NCBI GenBank assembly: GCA_050251495.1
Contig: JBFWMQ010000007.1
Span: 8,214 to 72,213, forward strand
DNA: 64,000 nucleotides
From: Desulfovibrio sp.
Lineage (GTDB): Bacteria; Desulfobacterota; Desulfovibrionia; Desulfovibrionales; Desulfovibrionaceae
Reading direction: 5' to 3'
Part shown: piece after piece, positions 25,267 through 35,420 of the stretch
Layout of the letters: every line of letters starts with the position of its first letter
Position numbering within the stretch: position 1 is the stretch's first letter
Notes under the pieces: generated by a model
What the model was told of the DNA's origin: nothing
Database searches by the model: none
What the model saw: the letters and a program-made list of their open reading frames with translations, nothing else
Translations under genes and position numbers: made by a program

Positions 25267-26359
25267 GCAGGATATCCTCCAGGGCCTTCAGGAAAGCCTC
25301 GGTTTCGGGCTGCGTGCCCACGTTGACGCGGATGTTGCCCGCCAGGCCGAAGCTTTTCAGGTGGCGCACGATGATGCCGCGCTTGAGCAGCTCCTCACAG
25401 ACCAGGCCAGCCGAAAGCGGCGGGCGGAACATGACGAAATTGGCCTGCGAGGGCCAGACTTGGCAGTCAAGCTCCGGCAGGCGCTTGAGCAGCAGCTCCC
25501 GGCCCTTGAACACCACCTCCAGGGTGGCGGAATAGAAATTGTCGTCCTCCAGCACGGCCAGGGCGGCCTCCTCGGCCAGCAGGTTCACCGTGAACGGAGG
25601 CCGCGCGCGGCGCACGTGGTCCGCCAGCCACAGGGGCAGCGCCCCGTAGCCCAGGCGCAGGCCCGCCAGGCCGTAGGCCTTGGAAAAGGTGCGCAGCACC
25701 ACCACGTTGTCCATCTCCGGCACCAGATTCAGCATGGAATATTCTTCCGGCGGCCAGGAGAAGTCCATGTAGGCCTCGTCCACCACAAGCACCGCGCCCT
25801 TCGGCAGCACGCTGGAAAGCACTTGCAGCTCCTCGGCCCGGGCGGCAAGGCCGGTGGGGTTGTCCGGGGTGGTGACGAAAACCATGGCCGTGTTGTGGTC
25901 CGCGGCCTCGGCCAGGGACTCCAGCGGCAGGCGGTAGTCCTCGCCGCGCGGAACCTCTCGGTACTCCACGCCGCAGAGCCGCGCGGTGAGGGCGTACATG
26001 CTGAACGAATGCTCGTAGCAGACCACGTTGTCCTTGCCGGGCTGGGCAAGCACGCGGAACAGCAGGTCGATGACCTCGTCGGACCCGTTGCCCGCCACCA
26101 CATGTCCTTCCGGCAGGCCCATGGCCTTGGCGATGGCCGCGGCAAGGCGCGGGCTGTGGTTCTGGGGATAGCGGAACGCCTGCTCCGCCGCCCGGACGAT
26201 GGCCGCCTGCGCCAGGGGCGAGACGCCGAGCGGGTTCTCGTTGCTGGCCAGCTTGATGACGTGCTCAAGGCCGTATTTGGCCTTGATCTCCTCCACCGAG
26301 AGGCCCGGCACATAGGGTGTGAAATCAAGAATTTCTGGCCGGACACGGTGGCTTGACAT
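25259..26359 (-). CDS. hisC: Histidinol-phosphate aminotransferase
   Basis: IKLASNENPLG, GNGSDEVI, PDNPTG, VDEAY and RTFSKAYGLAGLRLGY. Confidence 0.95.
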   Translation of the reverse strand: MSSHRVRPEILDFTPYVPGLSVEEIKAKYGLEHVIKLASNENPLGVSPLAQAAIVRAAEQAFRYPQNHSPRLAAAIAKAMGLPEGHVVAGNGSDEVIDLLFRVLAQPGKDNVVCYEHSFSMYALTARLCGVEYREVPRGEDYRLPLESLAEAADHNTAMVFVTTPDNPTGLAARAEELQVLSSVLPKGAVLVVDEAYMDFSWPPEEYSMLNLVPEMDNVVVLRTFSKAYGLAGLRLGYGALPLWLADHVRRARPPFTVNLLAEEAALAVLEDDNFYSATLEVVFKGRELLLKRLPELDCQVWPSQANFVMFRPPLSAGLVCEELLKRGIIVRHLKSFGLAGNIRVNVGTQPETEAFLKALEDILHG

Positions 26360-26500
26360 GGGCGCTTCCTTTTCTTTGACGCGCGGAGACTGTGCGCAAT
26401 AATAACAAAAACAACACCGGGGGCGGCGCCTCTTCGGGCCGCCCCCGCCTGTGCCGCACGCGGCAAATTCATCCGCCCCGGGGACCGGGCGCGCGGACTG

Positions 26501-26944
26501 CTACTTCGCGGGACGAATGGTGAGCACCGGGCACTTCGCGCCCTTGACCACCTTCTCGGCCACGGAGCCGAAGAGGATGCGGTCGATGCCCTTGCGACCG
26601 TGGGTGCCCATGATGATGAGGTCAGCGGCTTCCTTCTCGGCAGCGCTGAAGATCTCCTCGGCCGCGTAGCCGGTGACCACATGGCCCTCGGCCTGGACGC
26701 CCTGGAAATTCTCATTCAAGAAGGCGCTCATGGTGGCTTCCGCGCCGGTGACGATCTCGCCCACGAAGTTCTCGATGGAACTGGGCGGCACATGGAAGCC
26801 GACATATTGGGACAGGGACGGGGCCACGTACAGGCAGACTATCTTGGCTCCAAGGCCCTGGGCCAGAATCCTTGCATACTCGGCCACTGCGGGGCTGTGT
26901 TCGGAAAAGTCCACTGCGCACAGAATCTTCTTGACTTGGGCCAT
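26501..26944 (-). CDS. Universal stress protein (UspA family)
   Basis: KKILCAVDFS, DLIIMGTHGRKG and FGSVAEKVV...CPVLTI; C-terminal part of the track ORF. Confidence 0.93.
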   Translation of the reverse strand: MAQVKKILCAVDFSEHSPAVAEYARILAQGLGAKIVCLYVAPSLSQYVGFHVPPSSIENFVGEIVTGAEATMSAFLNENFQGVQAEGHVVTGYAAEEIFSAAEKEAADLIIMGTHGRKGIDRILFGSVAEKVVKGAKCPVLTIRPAK

Positions 26945-27009
26945 GGCGCCCTCCCTCTTCGGTGACTCGCGGGTTGCCCCCTTTCGACGCAGGGGGGAAG
27001 CGGAGACAA

Positions 27010-27025
27010 TGTGAAAATAATCACC
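27010..27025. promoter_or_regulatory. Possible CRP/FNR-type or Rex-type operator upstream of usp
   Basis: TGTGA-AAATAA-TCACC (TGTGA-N6-TCACA with one mismatch) in an AT-rich patch about 70 nt upstream of usp. Confidence 0.3.
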
Positions 27026-27243
27026 CGAGTTCATTAATGCAAGGAAAAAAAGCGCCGATACAGAATACGCCAAGAGAACGTCCCGGTGCGTGGCGCGGCC
27101 CGCCCCGGATGGACAAGAGACAAGGCATCGGGTATCCGGGGCATTGGGGACGCGGAAGCGCGCCCCGCATGGAACGGGCAACTTTTTCCCCCTGGCGAGA
27201 ACAAAATACTCTGCAATTTCAGCGAATACGCTGCGCGTCGCCT

Positions 27244-27259
27244 TGGCATGGTCTCTGCA
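27244..27259 (+). promoter_or_regulatory. Sigma-54 promoter
   Basis: TGGCATGGTCTCTGCA, GG-N10-GC, 34 nt upstream of ATG 27293. Confidence 0.65.
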
Positions 27260-27292
27260 CAATTCTAGCAAACCACAGGATGAGGAGCAGCC

Positions 27293-27790
27293 ATGAAAAT
27301 CCATCCTGACCAGTTGGAGAGCGTTCGTCTGGACCCGACCACCCAGACGAGCCGAGGCACACAGTCCAGCACCGCCTTTGGCGACATCTTGAGCCAAGAG
27401 GTCACGAAGACGGGCGCGCAGTCCACGTCCAGCATCGCTTCCCTGCCCCCTCCGGGAGGGCTCGGCGCCTTAAACGCCCTCATCGGGGCCCAGGAGGTCG
27501 AGGCCACACCCCCGGTAACCCAGGCGGAGAATGCGATCATGGACAAGGTGGACAGCGTGCTCAACAAGTGGGACCAGTACGCCCAGAGCCTGCAAAGCAC
27601 CGGCAGCTCCACCAGCCTCAAGCAGGCTTACGGAGTCCTCGACGACATCGACGGGGCCGTGCGGCAGATACGGGGCGACAATCCCGACCTCGCCGAGAAG
27701 CACCCCGCCCTCCAGGGCGTGGTCTCGGAACTTGAGGCCATGACGGTGACGGAACGCATCAAGTTCAACCGGGGGGACTACACCGCCTAG
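27293..27790 (+). CDS. Hypothetical protein (possibly flagella-associated)
   Basis: GAGGAG RBS, sigma-54 promoter, low-complexity S/T/Q N-terminus with FGDIL; helical C-terminus ending ERIKFNRGDY. Confidence 0.75.
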   Translation: MKIHPDQLESVRLDPTTQTSRGTQSSTAFGDILSQEVTKTGAQSTSSIASLPPPGGLGALNALIGAQEVEATPPVTQAENAIMDKVDSVLNKWDQYAQSLQSTGSSTSLKQAYGVLDDIDGAVRQIRGDNPDLAEKHPALQGVVSELEAMTVTERIKFNRGDYTA

Positions 27791-28410
27791 GCGGTCCTTC
27801 CATCCGGGCTCCCGCCGTGGTCGCGGGCCGGAAAACTCTTGAGCATGGCGTACTTGGGCCCAAGCTGTCCAAGTACGCTGCTCCAGAGCAGCATCTCCCC
27901 CGCCAGCACCGGCGCGAACGCCGTATCCAAAAGCCTTTGCTCCACTTCCCGGCCCGCAGCCGCCCAGCCGTCGCCCTCGCGCGCCTGCTTCACCCTTCCC
28001 AGGGTCACATGCGGGCGAAAGTTCCTGGCCTCCGGCGCACAGCCGCAGGGCGCAAGCGCCCGGTTGACCGCACCGGCCAGCCGTGCGCAGGCCTCGCCGC
28101 CTTCGGCCAGCCCCACCCACAGGGTGCGCGGCGCGCCCCGCTGCGAGAAAAAACCGCTCCCGCCCAGGCGCAGGCGCACGGGCGCGAAGTCCACGCCCCG
28201 CAGCGCTGCAATGATTCCCGGCAGGCGCGCCTGCTCCACCTCTCCCAAAAACATGAGCGTCACGTGCCAGTTGCCGGGTCTGGTCCAGGAAACGCGCGAG
28301 GCGAGCCGCCCGGCCAGGCTTTGGACCAGGGCGTCCAGGCCGCGCTGCCAGGCGTCCGGCAGCGGCAGACCCACAAAGCAACGGACGGAAGAGCGGGCGG
28401 GATCAGCCAT
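27787..28410 (-). CDS. thpR: RNA 2',3'-cyclic phosphodiesterase (2H family)
   Basis: RCFVGLP, two HxT motifs (WHVTLMFLGE, FRPHVTLGR) and GPKY. Confidence 0.88.
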   Translation of the reverse strand: MADPARSSVRCFVGLPLPDAWQRGLDALVQSLAGRLASRVSWTRPGNWHVTLMFLGEVEQARLPGIIAALRGVDFAPVRLRLGGSGFFSQRGAPRTLWVGLAEGGEACARLAGAVNRALAPCGCAPEARNFRPHVTLGRVKQAREGDGWAAAGREVEQRLLDTAFAPVLAGEMLLWSSVLGQLGPKYAMLKSFPARDHGGSPDGRTA

Positions 28411-28430
28411 GCGCCTCTCCAACTGCCGGA

Positions 28431-28967
28431 CTATTTGACGAAGGTCGCAAGCCCGAACAAGGCCCCGGCAACGCTTTGGGCCTTCACCGCCGTGCGCGCG
28501 CCGCGGAACAGAAAGCTCTCGGCCCGCTCGCCGCCGGGCCAGGCCCAGGCGATCCACACCGTGCCCACGGGCTTCTCCCGCGTGCCGCCCGTTGGTCCAG
28601 CGATGCCGGAGATGGCCACGGCGCAGCCTTGCCCCTCGGGCATTCCCGGCAGGGCCAGCGCGCCGCGCGCCATGGCCAGCACCACGGGCTCGCTCACGGC
28701 CCCGTGCGCCGCGATGAGCGCCTCGGGCACGCCGAGCAGGCCGGTTTTCAGCGCATTGGAATAGGACACCACGCCGCCGTGGAACCAGGCCGAGCTGCCC
28801 GAGAGATTGGTCAGCGTGCTGGCCAGGAGCCCGCCGGTGCACGACTCAGCCACGGCCAGCATCCAGCCGCGCCCGGCCACAAGCCGACCGGCCTCGGAGG
28901 CCAGGCGCTCCAGCCGCAGCGTGTCTTCCTGCTCCAGCAGCTCCGGCTTTGCAAACTTCTTCCTCAT
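28431..28967 (-). CDS. CinA C-terminal domain / NMN deamidase PncC-like
   Basis: [29 protein letters not shown]...AMA.GA and SGIAGPTGG...KPVGTVW. Confidence 0.9.
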   Translation of the reverse strand: MRKKFAKPELLEQEDTLRLERLASEAGRLVAGRGWMLAVAESCTGGLLASTLTNLSGSSAWFHGGVVSYSNALKTGLLGVPEALIAAHGAVSEPVVLAMARGALALPGMPEGQGCAVAISGIAGPTGGTREKPVGTVWIAWAWPGGERAESFLFRGARTAVKAQSVAGALFGLATFVK

Positions 28968-29055
28968 GCGCCCCCCATCCGAGCCCAGGCCCCGCGTGCA
29001 AGCATTCTCGCTGACCTTGTTTACAGAACAGGGCCGCGCGTGGCAATTGAAAGCC

Positions 29056-29514
29056 ATGGACGACACCTCCCAGCCGGAGCCACTCGGCCAGCGGGCCGCA
29101 AACCTGCTGCAACGCCTGCGTCTGCGCCGCCGCGAGCCCTGGAACTGGCTGGTGCAGACGTTCTTCGCCACGCTCTTGCCGCCGGGGCTGCTCTTCCACA
29201 GCGCGCCCCTCATCGCGCTCTCGATTTTGGGCATGCTGGCGGGCTGCCTGCCCCTGCCCCTGCCGCCCATGCAGCACACCGAGGCCAGACGGCTGGCGCC
29301 GCACATCGAAAAACTCATCGGCCTGGAGTGCGCCTGGCTGGCCGAGCCCCTGACGCCCCGCAAGAAGCGCCAGCTGCTGTTCCTGGCCCTGGGGGTTCCG
29401 CTCACGGCCCTGCTCCTCTGGCTGCAGGACCTCGGCCCCATCGGGCTGGCCATCGTGGTCTGGGCGCTCTACCACATGCGCCGCCGGAACATCGCGGACG
29501 GCATAGACCCGTGA
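29056..29514 (+). CDS. Hypothetical membrane protein
   Basis: Three to four hydrophobic segments; start at MDDTSQPE inferred. Confidence 0.6.
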   Translation: MDDTSQPEPLGQRAANLLQRLRLRRREPWNWLVQTFFATLLPPGLLFHSAPLIALSILGMLAGCLPLPLPPMQHTEARRLAPHIEKLIGLECAWLAEPLTPRKKRQLLFLALGVPLTALLLWLQDLGPIGLAIVVWALYHMRRRNIADGIDP

Positions 29515-29641
29515 GCGCCCGCGGCCCGGCATTCCGCTTCCCGCAAATTCCCCCTTTATTCCCGGCCCGGCTTTGGGTACACGGCTGGGAGCGCGCCTGT
29601 CGGCCTCAAGGTCGCTGCGCCCCCATTTCAAGGAGATGACC

Positions 29642-30919
29642 ATGCTTGACCTGAAATTCGTGCAAAAAAACCTGGACGCCGTGAGCCAGGGCCTGAAAAA
29701 GCGCTGCAAGACCGAACCCGATGTGGCCGAGTTCGCCCGCCTCGACGAGGCGCGCATCGCCCTCATCCGCGAGGCCGAGGCCCTCAAGGCCGAGCGCAAC
29801 CAGGGCTCCGGCGAGGTCGCCAAGCTCAAGCGCGCCGGGCAGGACGCCAGCGAACTCATGGCGCGCATGTCCAGCATCGGCGAGCGCGTCAAACAGCTCG
29901 ACGCCGAGCTGGCCGTCATCGAGGCGCAGGAGTCGGACTGGCTCCTGAAGGTGCCGAACATCCCGCACGAATCCACCCCGGACGGCTGCAGCGAGGACGA
30001 CAACCCGGTGCTGCGCACCTGGGGCGCCAAGCCGCAGCTGGATTTCCAGCCCAAGGAACACTGGGAGCTGGGCCAGGCCCTGGGCGGGCTCGACTTCGAG
30101 CGCGCGGGCAAGCTCACCGGCTCGCGCTTCTGCGTCAGCTTCGGCTGGGCGGCGAAGCTTGAGCGCGCGCTCGGCGCCTTCATGCTCGATTGCGCGAGCG
30201 AGAACGGCTACACCGAGGTGCTGCCGCCCTTCATGGTCAACAGGCAGGCCATGACCGGCACGGGCCAGCTGCCCAAGTTCGCCGAGGACCTGTTCAAGAT
30301 CGAGGGCCAGGAATACTACCTCATCCCCACCGCCGAGGTGCCGGTCACCAACCTGCACGCGGGCGAGGTGCTGGAGGAGGACCAGCTGCCCACGGCCTAC
30401 TGCGCGCTGACCCCCTGCTTCCGCTCCGAGGCGGGCAGCTACGGCAAGGACACCAAGGGCCTCATCCGCCAGCACCAGTTTCACAAAGTCGAGCTGGTGC
30501 GCTTCGCCCATCCGGACAACTCCATGGCCGACCTGGAGCTCTTGACCAGCCACGCGGAGATGGTGCTCCAGCGCCTGGGGCTGCACTACCGCGTCATCGC
30601 GCTGTGCGGCGGCGACCTGGGCTTCAGCTCGTGCAAGACCTACGACATCGAGGTCTGGCTGCCCGGCCAGAACAAATACCGTGAGATTTCGTCCTGCTCG
30701 AACTTCCAGGACTTCCAGGCCCGGCGCGCGAACATCCGCTTCAAGGCCAAGGGAGCCAAGAAGAGCGAGTTCCTGCACACCCTGAACGGCTCCGGCCTGG
30801 CCGTGGGCCGCACCCTGGTGGCCGTGCTGGAAAACGGCCAGCGGGCCGACGGCAGCGTGATTCTGCCCGAGGCGCTCAGGCCGTACATGGGCGGGCTGGA
30901 GAAGATCGAAATGAAATAG
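29642..30919 (+). CDS. serS: Serine--tRNA ligase
   Basis: [53 protein letters not shown] and [12 protein letters not shown]. Confidence 0.98.
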   Translation: MLDLKFVQKNLDAVSQGLKKRCKTEPDVAEFARLDEARIALIREAEALKAERNQGSGEVAKLKRAGQDASELMARMSSIGERVKQLDAELAVIEAQESDWLLKVPNIPHESTPDGCSEDDNPVLRTWGAKPQLDFQPKEHWELGQALGGLDFERAGKLTGSRFCVSFGWAAKLERALGAFMLDCASENGYTEVLPPFMVNRQAMTGTGQLPKFAEDLFKIEGQEYYLIPTAEVPVTNLHAGEVLEEDQLPTAYCALTPCFRSEAGSYGKDTKGLIRQHQFHKVELVRFAHPDNSMADLELLTSHAEMVLQRLGLHYRVIALCGGDLGFSSCKTYDIEVWLPGQNKYREISSCSNFQDFQARRANIRFKAKGAKKSEFLHTLNGSGLAVGRTLVAVLENGQRADGSVILPEALRPYMGGLEKIEMK

Positions 30920-31078
30920 GGGCCTGGGGCGGCGTTCCTGGAGCCGCCCACAACAACATGATTATTCATGACTTCTGGCCTGCTCGTGGCGTGCTGCCCG
31001 ATCGCCCTTGTTTAATGCGTCAAAACGAACTATGAGTTCCACCTGCTCCACAACCGAGAAAAAAGCGACGATCAAACG

Positions 31079-32161
31079 GTGCACCTCTGTTTCTTCAACT
31101 CTTCCGGCCCCTGGGGGGGCGGCGAGCAGTGGCACTACGAATCCGCCCTCATGGCCCGGGACAAGGGCTACCGGGTGACGGTCATCGCCAACATCGACAG
31201 CGTTCTGGCGCGCCGCCTGGCCGACGAGAAAGGCATCGAGCTGTTCACCCTGGCGCTGGGCAGCCTGTCCTTCCTGAACCCGCTGACGCTCATAAGCCTT
31301 GTGCGCCTGCTCCGCGCGCAGCAGGTGGACACGGTGATCCTGTGCCTGCCCCGCGACGTCAAGGCGGGCGGCCTCGCGGCCAAGCTCGCCGGGGTGCGGG
31401 ACATCATCTACCGCCGGGGCATCGCCGTGCCGGTGCGCAACAGGTGGACGAACCGGCTCTTGTTCAAGCACGTCATCACCAAGCTCATCGTGAACTCGCA
31501 GGAGACGAAGCGCTGCGTGCTTGGCGAAAACCCCGGCCTCATCGCGCCGGAGCGGATCTTCATGGTCCACTGCGGTCTGGACGTTGCGGGCTTTGACGCC
31601 AGGAAGGGCCTGCCGCTGGTGCCGCGCACACCCGGCCAGGTGGTCATCGGCAACGCCGCGCGGCTCACCAGGCAGAAGGGCCAGCGCCTGCTCATCGAGG
31701 CCGCGGCGCTTTTGAAAGGCAGGCTGCCCGACTTCCGGGTGCTCATTGCCGGCACGGGCGAGTTGGAGGCGGAACTCAAGGAGCTGGCAAGACAGCTCGG
31801 CGTGGAGCGCGAGGTGCGGTTTCTCGGCTTCGTCACCGACATGCGCGGCTTTCACGAAAGCCTGGACATTTTTGCCCTGCCCTCGCTCTGGGAGGGCTTC
31901 TGCATCGCGCAGATGGAGGCCATGTGCGCGGAGCGCCCGGTGGTGGCCTTCCGGGTCAGCAGCATCCCCGAGGTGCTCCTTGACGGCGAGACCGGGCTCT
32001 TGAGCGAGCCCGACGCCCAGGCCCTGGCCGACAACCTGCTGCGGCTGGCCCAGGACGCGGACCTGCGCCACCGCATGGGCGCGGCGGGCCGCCAGCGGGT
32101 GTGCAGCCAGTTCGATGTTCACAAGGTCTTTGCCGACCTGGAGAAGTGTTTGCGAGCCTGA
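31079..32161 (+). CDS. Glycosyltransferase family 4
   Basis: WGGGEQW, ARLTRQKG and FALPSLWEGFC...EAM; GTG start. Confidence 0.9.
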   Translation: MHLCFFNSSGPWGGGEQWHYESALMARDKGYRVTVIANIDSVLARRLADEKGIELFTLALGSLSFLNPLTLISLVRLLRAQQVDTVILCLPRDVKAGGLAAKLAGVRDIIYRRGIAVPVRNRWTNRLLFKHVITKLIVNSQETKRCVLGENPGLIAPERIFMVHCGLDVAGFDARKGLPLVPRTPGQVVIGNAARLTRQKGQRLLIEAAALLKGRLPDFRVLIAGTGELEAELKELARQLGVEREVRFLGFVTDMRGFHESLDIFALPSLWEGFCIAQMEAMCAERPVVAFRVSSIPEVLLDGETGLLSEPDAQALADNLLRLAQDADLRHRMGAAGRQRVCSQFDVHKVFADLEKCLRA

Positions 32162-32270
32162 CCGGACCAGCGGGTGAAGGCGGCATCGCGCAGAAAACGA
32201 TTGAGGGCGTTGCGCCCGGCCAGCTCGGCCAAACGCAGCGGCACGACAACAGACAAGACAGGGAGGTCCT

Positions 32271-33251
32271 GTGGCTCGCGTTCTCATTACCGGCGGCGCC
32301 GGATTCATCGGTTCACACATTACGCGTCTGCTCATGGATGCCGGGCACGAAACCCTTGGCGTCGACTTCTACCAGCAGTACATCCACCCGCTCCAGCCCA
32401 CGTTCCTGGAGAACATGAACTACCGCTTCGAGGTGCTGCTCAAGGGCGCCAACCTCGTCCGGGTCAGCACCTTGAGCAGCGACTCCCTGCGGCGCGTCAT
32501 CGACGAGTTCAAGCCGACCCACGTGATCCACCTGGCCGCGCTGCCCCTGGCCAACATCTCCATCCACCACCCGGAAGAGGCCTTCGACACCATCATCAAG
32601 GGCACCGTGAACATGCTGGAGGCCATGCGCGACCAGCCGCAGATGGAGCGTTTCGTGTTCACCTCCTCCAGCATGATCTACGGCGACTTCGAAAAATCGC
32701 CCCAGCCCGAGGACGCCCGCAAGGAGCCCAAGGAAATCTACGGCGGCATGAAGCTCAGCGGCGAGATTTTGACCAAGGTCTACTCCCAGCGCTACGGCAT
32801 CCCGTACAACATCGTGCGCCCGTCCGCCGTGTTCGGCCCCACGGACAACAACCGCCGGGTGTTGCAGATCTTCGTGGAGAACGCCTTCCGCAAGCTGCCC
32901 ATCCGCATCACCAACCCGGAGACCCGGCTGGACTTCACCTACGTGAAGGACGCGGCCCAGGGCTTCATCGACATCGCCTTCTCAAACGCGCCGAACGAGG
33001 CCTTCAACCTCACGCGCGGGCAGCCCACCAGCCTGCGCGAGGCGGCCCAGGCTGTGAAGAGCCGCTTCCCGGACCTCGTCATCGAGGAGCGCATCAAGAC
33101 CGACACCTACCGCCCGGAGCGCGGCGCGCTGGACATCGCCAAGGCCGTCAAGCTGGCGGGCTACAGCCCGAAGTATGACGTGGAGACCGGCCTGAACGAG
33201 TACGTGGACTACATGCGCCGCTACAACCCCTCCATCACCGAAGGAAAATAG
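32271..33251 (+). CDS. NAD-dependent nucleotide-sugar epimerase/dehydratase
   Basis: ITGGAGFIGS, TSSSMIYG, YGGMK (YxxxK) and RPSAVFGP. Confidence 0.92.
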   Translation: MARVLITGGAGFIGSHITRLLMDAGHETLGVDFYQQYIHPLQPTFLENMNYRFEVLLKGANLVRVSTLSSDSLRRVIDEFKPTHVIHLAALPLANISIHHPEEAFDTIIKGTVNMLEAMRDQPQMERFVFTSSSMIYGDFEKSPQPEDARKEPKEIYGGMKLSGEILTKVYSQRYGIPYNIVRPSAVFGPTDNNRRVLQIFVENAFRKLPIRITNPETRLDFTYVKDAAQGFIDIAFSNAPNEAFNLTRGQPTSLREAAQAVKSRFPDLVIEERIKTDTYRPERGALDIAKAVKLAGYSPKYDVETGLNEYVDYMRRYNPSITEGK

Positions 33252-33253
33252 CC

Positions 33254-34363
33254 ATGGCCGAGGCAAGGGTTCCATTCTTCGGCGTTGCGCGCGAATACGC
33301 CGCCTGCGGCGGGGAGATGCTCCCCCTCATCGAGCGGGTGCTCTCCTCCGGCGGGCTGTTGCAGGGAGCCGAGGTGACGGCCTTCGAGCAGGAGCTGGCG
33401 GCCTACTGCGGCCGCGCCCACGCCGTGGCCGTGGGCTCCTGCACGGACGCGCTGTTCTTCTCCCTGGTCTCCGCCGGGGTGAAGGGCGGCGACGAGGTGC
33501 TCGTGCCGGACTTCTCCTTCGTGGCCTCGGCCTCGTGCATCCTGCGCACCGGGGCAACGCCCGTGTTCTGCGATGTGGACGAATGGGGCAACATGGACCT
33601 GGCCAAGGCCGCCGCGCGCGTCACGGCGCGCACCAAGGCCGTGGTCTTCGTGCATCTGTATGGCCGCATGGGCAAGCCCGAGGCCGTGGAGGCCTTCGCC
33701 CGCGAGCACGGGCTCACGCTCATCGAGGACGCGGCGCAGGCCATCGGCGCGGCGCATGGCGACAGGAAGGCGGGCTCCATGGGCCTGGCCGGGTGCATCA
33801 GCTTCGATCCCACCAAACCCCTGTGCTGCCTGGGCAGCGGCGGCGCGGTGGTGACGGACGACGTCTCCCTGGCCGAGGACATCCGCAGCCTGCGCTACCA
33901 CGGCCGCGACATGAACCGGAAGTTCGCCCGCCTGGGCTACAACTCGCAGATGCCCTCGGCCTCGGCCGCCATCCTGCGCTACAAGCTCCGGCAGGACCCC
34001 GCCTGGGGCGACCGCCGCCGGGAGATCGCCGCGCGCTACTGCGACGGCCTGGAGCCCCTGGGACTCGCGGTCCAGCGCGAGGAGCCGGGAACCCGGCACA
34101 TCTACCACAAGTACGTGGTCAAGGCCGGGCGGCGCGACGAGCTGGCCGCGCACCTGCGCGGGCAAGGCATCGAGGTCATGGTGCACTACACGGACCCGCT
34201 CCACGCCCACCCGATGTTCGCAGAGGTGCTGCCCAAGGGCGGCGTGGACTCCCCGGCGGCGCGCGCGCTCGCCGCCACGGCCCTGTCCCTGCCCATGCAT
34301 CCCTGGCTCGACGAGGCCGACATCAGCGCCGTGCTTGAGGCCGTGAAGGGATTCTACAAGTAA
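33254..34363 (+). CDS. DegT/DnrJ/EryC1/StrS sugar aminotransferase
   Basis: VHLYG, IEDAAQAIGA, SFDPTK (PLP lysine), LRYHG and GYNSQM. Confidence 0.92.
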   Translation: MAEARVPFFGVAREYAACGGEMLPLIERVLSSGGLLQGAEVTAFEQELAAYCGRAHAVAVGSCTDALFFSLVSAGVKGGDEVLVPDFSFVASASCILRTGATPVFCDVDEWGNMDLAKAAARVTARTKAVVFVHLYGRMGKPEAVEAFAREHGLTLIEDAAQAIGAAHGDRKAGSMGLAGCISFDPTKPLCCLGSGGAVVTDDVSLAEDIRSLRYHGRDMNRKFARLGYNSQMPSASAAILRYKLRQDPAWGDRRREIAARYCDGLEPLGLAVQREEPGTRHIYHKYVVKAGRRDELAAHLRGQGIEVMVHYTDPLHAHPMFAEVLPKGGVDSPAARALAATALSLPMHPWLDEADISAVLEAVKGFYK

Positions 34364-34387
34364 GCGCCAGGCCGTGAAACAGACTCC

Positions 34388-34422
34388 GAGGCCCGGATCG
34401 CCCTTGCGGCGGTCCGGGCCTC
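34388..34422. terminator. Hairpin between convergent genes (probable terminator)
   Basis: GAGGCCCGGATCGC...GCGGTCCGGGCCTC. Confidence 0.5.
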
Positions 34423-34428
34423 GTCGTT

Positions 34429-35247
34429 TCAGCCGAAGTAGGGGGTCACCAGGGGCCAAAGCATCTTGGTTCCCATGGCGATGAGCAGGAAAGCGAAAAT
34501 CTTCTTGAGCTTGCCCACGGGCAGGCTGTGGGCGAGCTTTGCGCCCAGCGGCGCGGTGAGGATGCTGGTGGCGGCCACGCCCACCAGGGCGGGCAGGTAG
34601 ATGAAGCCCAGGTAGCCGGCCTCCCAGCCGGGCAGGGGCGCGCCCAGGCCGTTGAAGATGTACCCGGCGGTCCCGGCGATGGCGATGGGAAAGCCGATGG
34701 CCGCGCTGGTGCCGATGCAGGTGTGCAGGGGCACGTTGCACCAGGTCATGAACGGCACGGACAGGGTGCCGCCGCCGATGCCCACCAGGCTCGACACGCC
34801 GCCGATGACGCCTCCCGCGCCGAACATGCCCAGGCCGCCGGGCACCTGGCGCGCGGCCTTGGGCTTGATGTTCAGAAGCATCTGCGCGGCCACGTAAAAG
34901 AGGAAGACCACGAAGAAGGCCGAGAGGAACCGCGTGGACAGGTGCGCGGCCACCTTGGAGCCCAGGAAGGTGCCGATGAGGATGCCCGGGGTGATGGCCT
35001 TGACGATGGGCCAGACGACCGCCCCGTGCCGGTGGTGGGCGCGCAGGGACGACACGCTGGTGAACATGATGCTGGCCAGCGAGGTGCCCAGGGCCAGATG
35101 CTGGATGTAGTCGCCGGGCAGATCGATGACATGGAACACGAAGTTGAGCATGGGCACGATGACGAGCCCGCCGCCCACGCCGAGCAGTCCGGCCAGGACT
35201 CCGGCAAAGGCGCCAGTGGCGATGTAGAGAAGCCAGGCGGTGATCAT
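34429..35247 (-). CDS. Sulfite exporter TauE/SafE family membrane protein
   Basis: GLLGVGGG, ALGTSLASI, SLVGIGGG..VP, IGTSAAIGFPIA and AH.LP...LK..FA; start MITAWLL. Confidence 0.9.
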   Translation of the reverse strand: MITAWLLYIATGAFAGVLAGLLGVGGGLVIVPMLNFVFHVIDLPGDYIQHLALGTSLASIMFTSVSSLRAHHRHGAVVWPIVKAITPGILIGTFLGSKVAAHLSTRFLSAFFVVFLFYVAAQMLLNIKPKAARQVPGGLGMFGAGGVIGGVSSLVGIGGGTLSVPFMTWCNVPLHTCIGTSAAIGFPIAIAGTAGYIFNGLGAPLPGWEAGYLGFIYLPALVGVAATSILTAPLGAKLAHSLPVGKLKKIFAFLLIAMGTKMLWPLVTPYFG

Positions 35248-35420
35248 ACGGGGGGGGAACCTCCGGGGGGTTTCGCACGGCCGCAGGCAAAAGCGCCCAG
35301 GCCCTGCATGAGGCGTTGCAGGCCCCCTGTCTACGTCCAGGCGCGGGGCTTGTAAAGACGCTGGCCTGCCCCCGAAACGCTCCATTGCCACCCGCAGGGC
35401 GACCTGCTATCAGATGAAAT

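Noticed and set aside
31032-31078. Upstream ATG suggesting a frameshifted or phase-variable glycosyltransferase
   Set aside because: The GTG at 31079 already gives a complete GT4 N-terminus; the short out-of-frame ORF needs no frameshift explanation.
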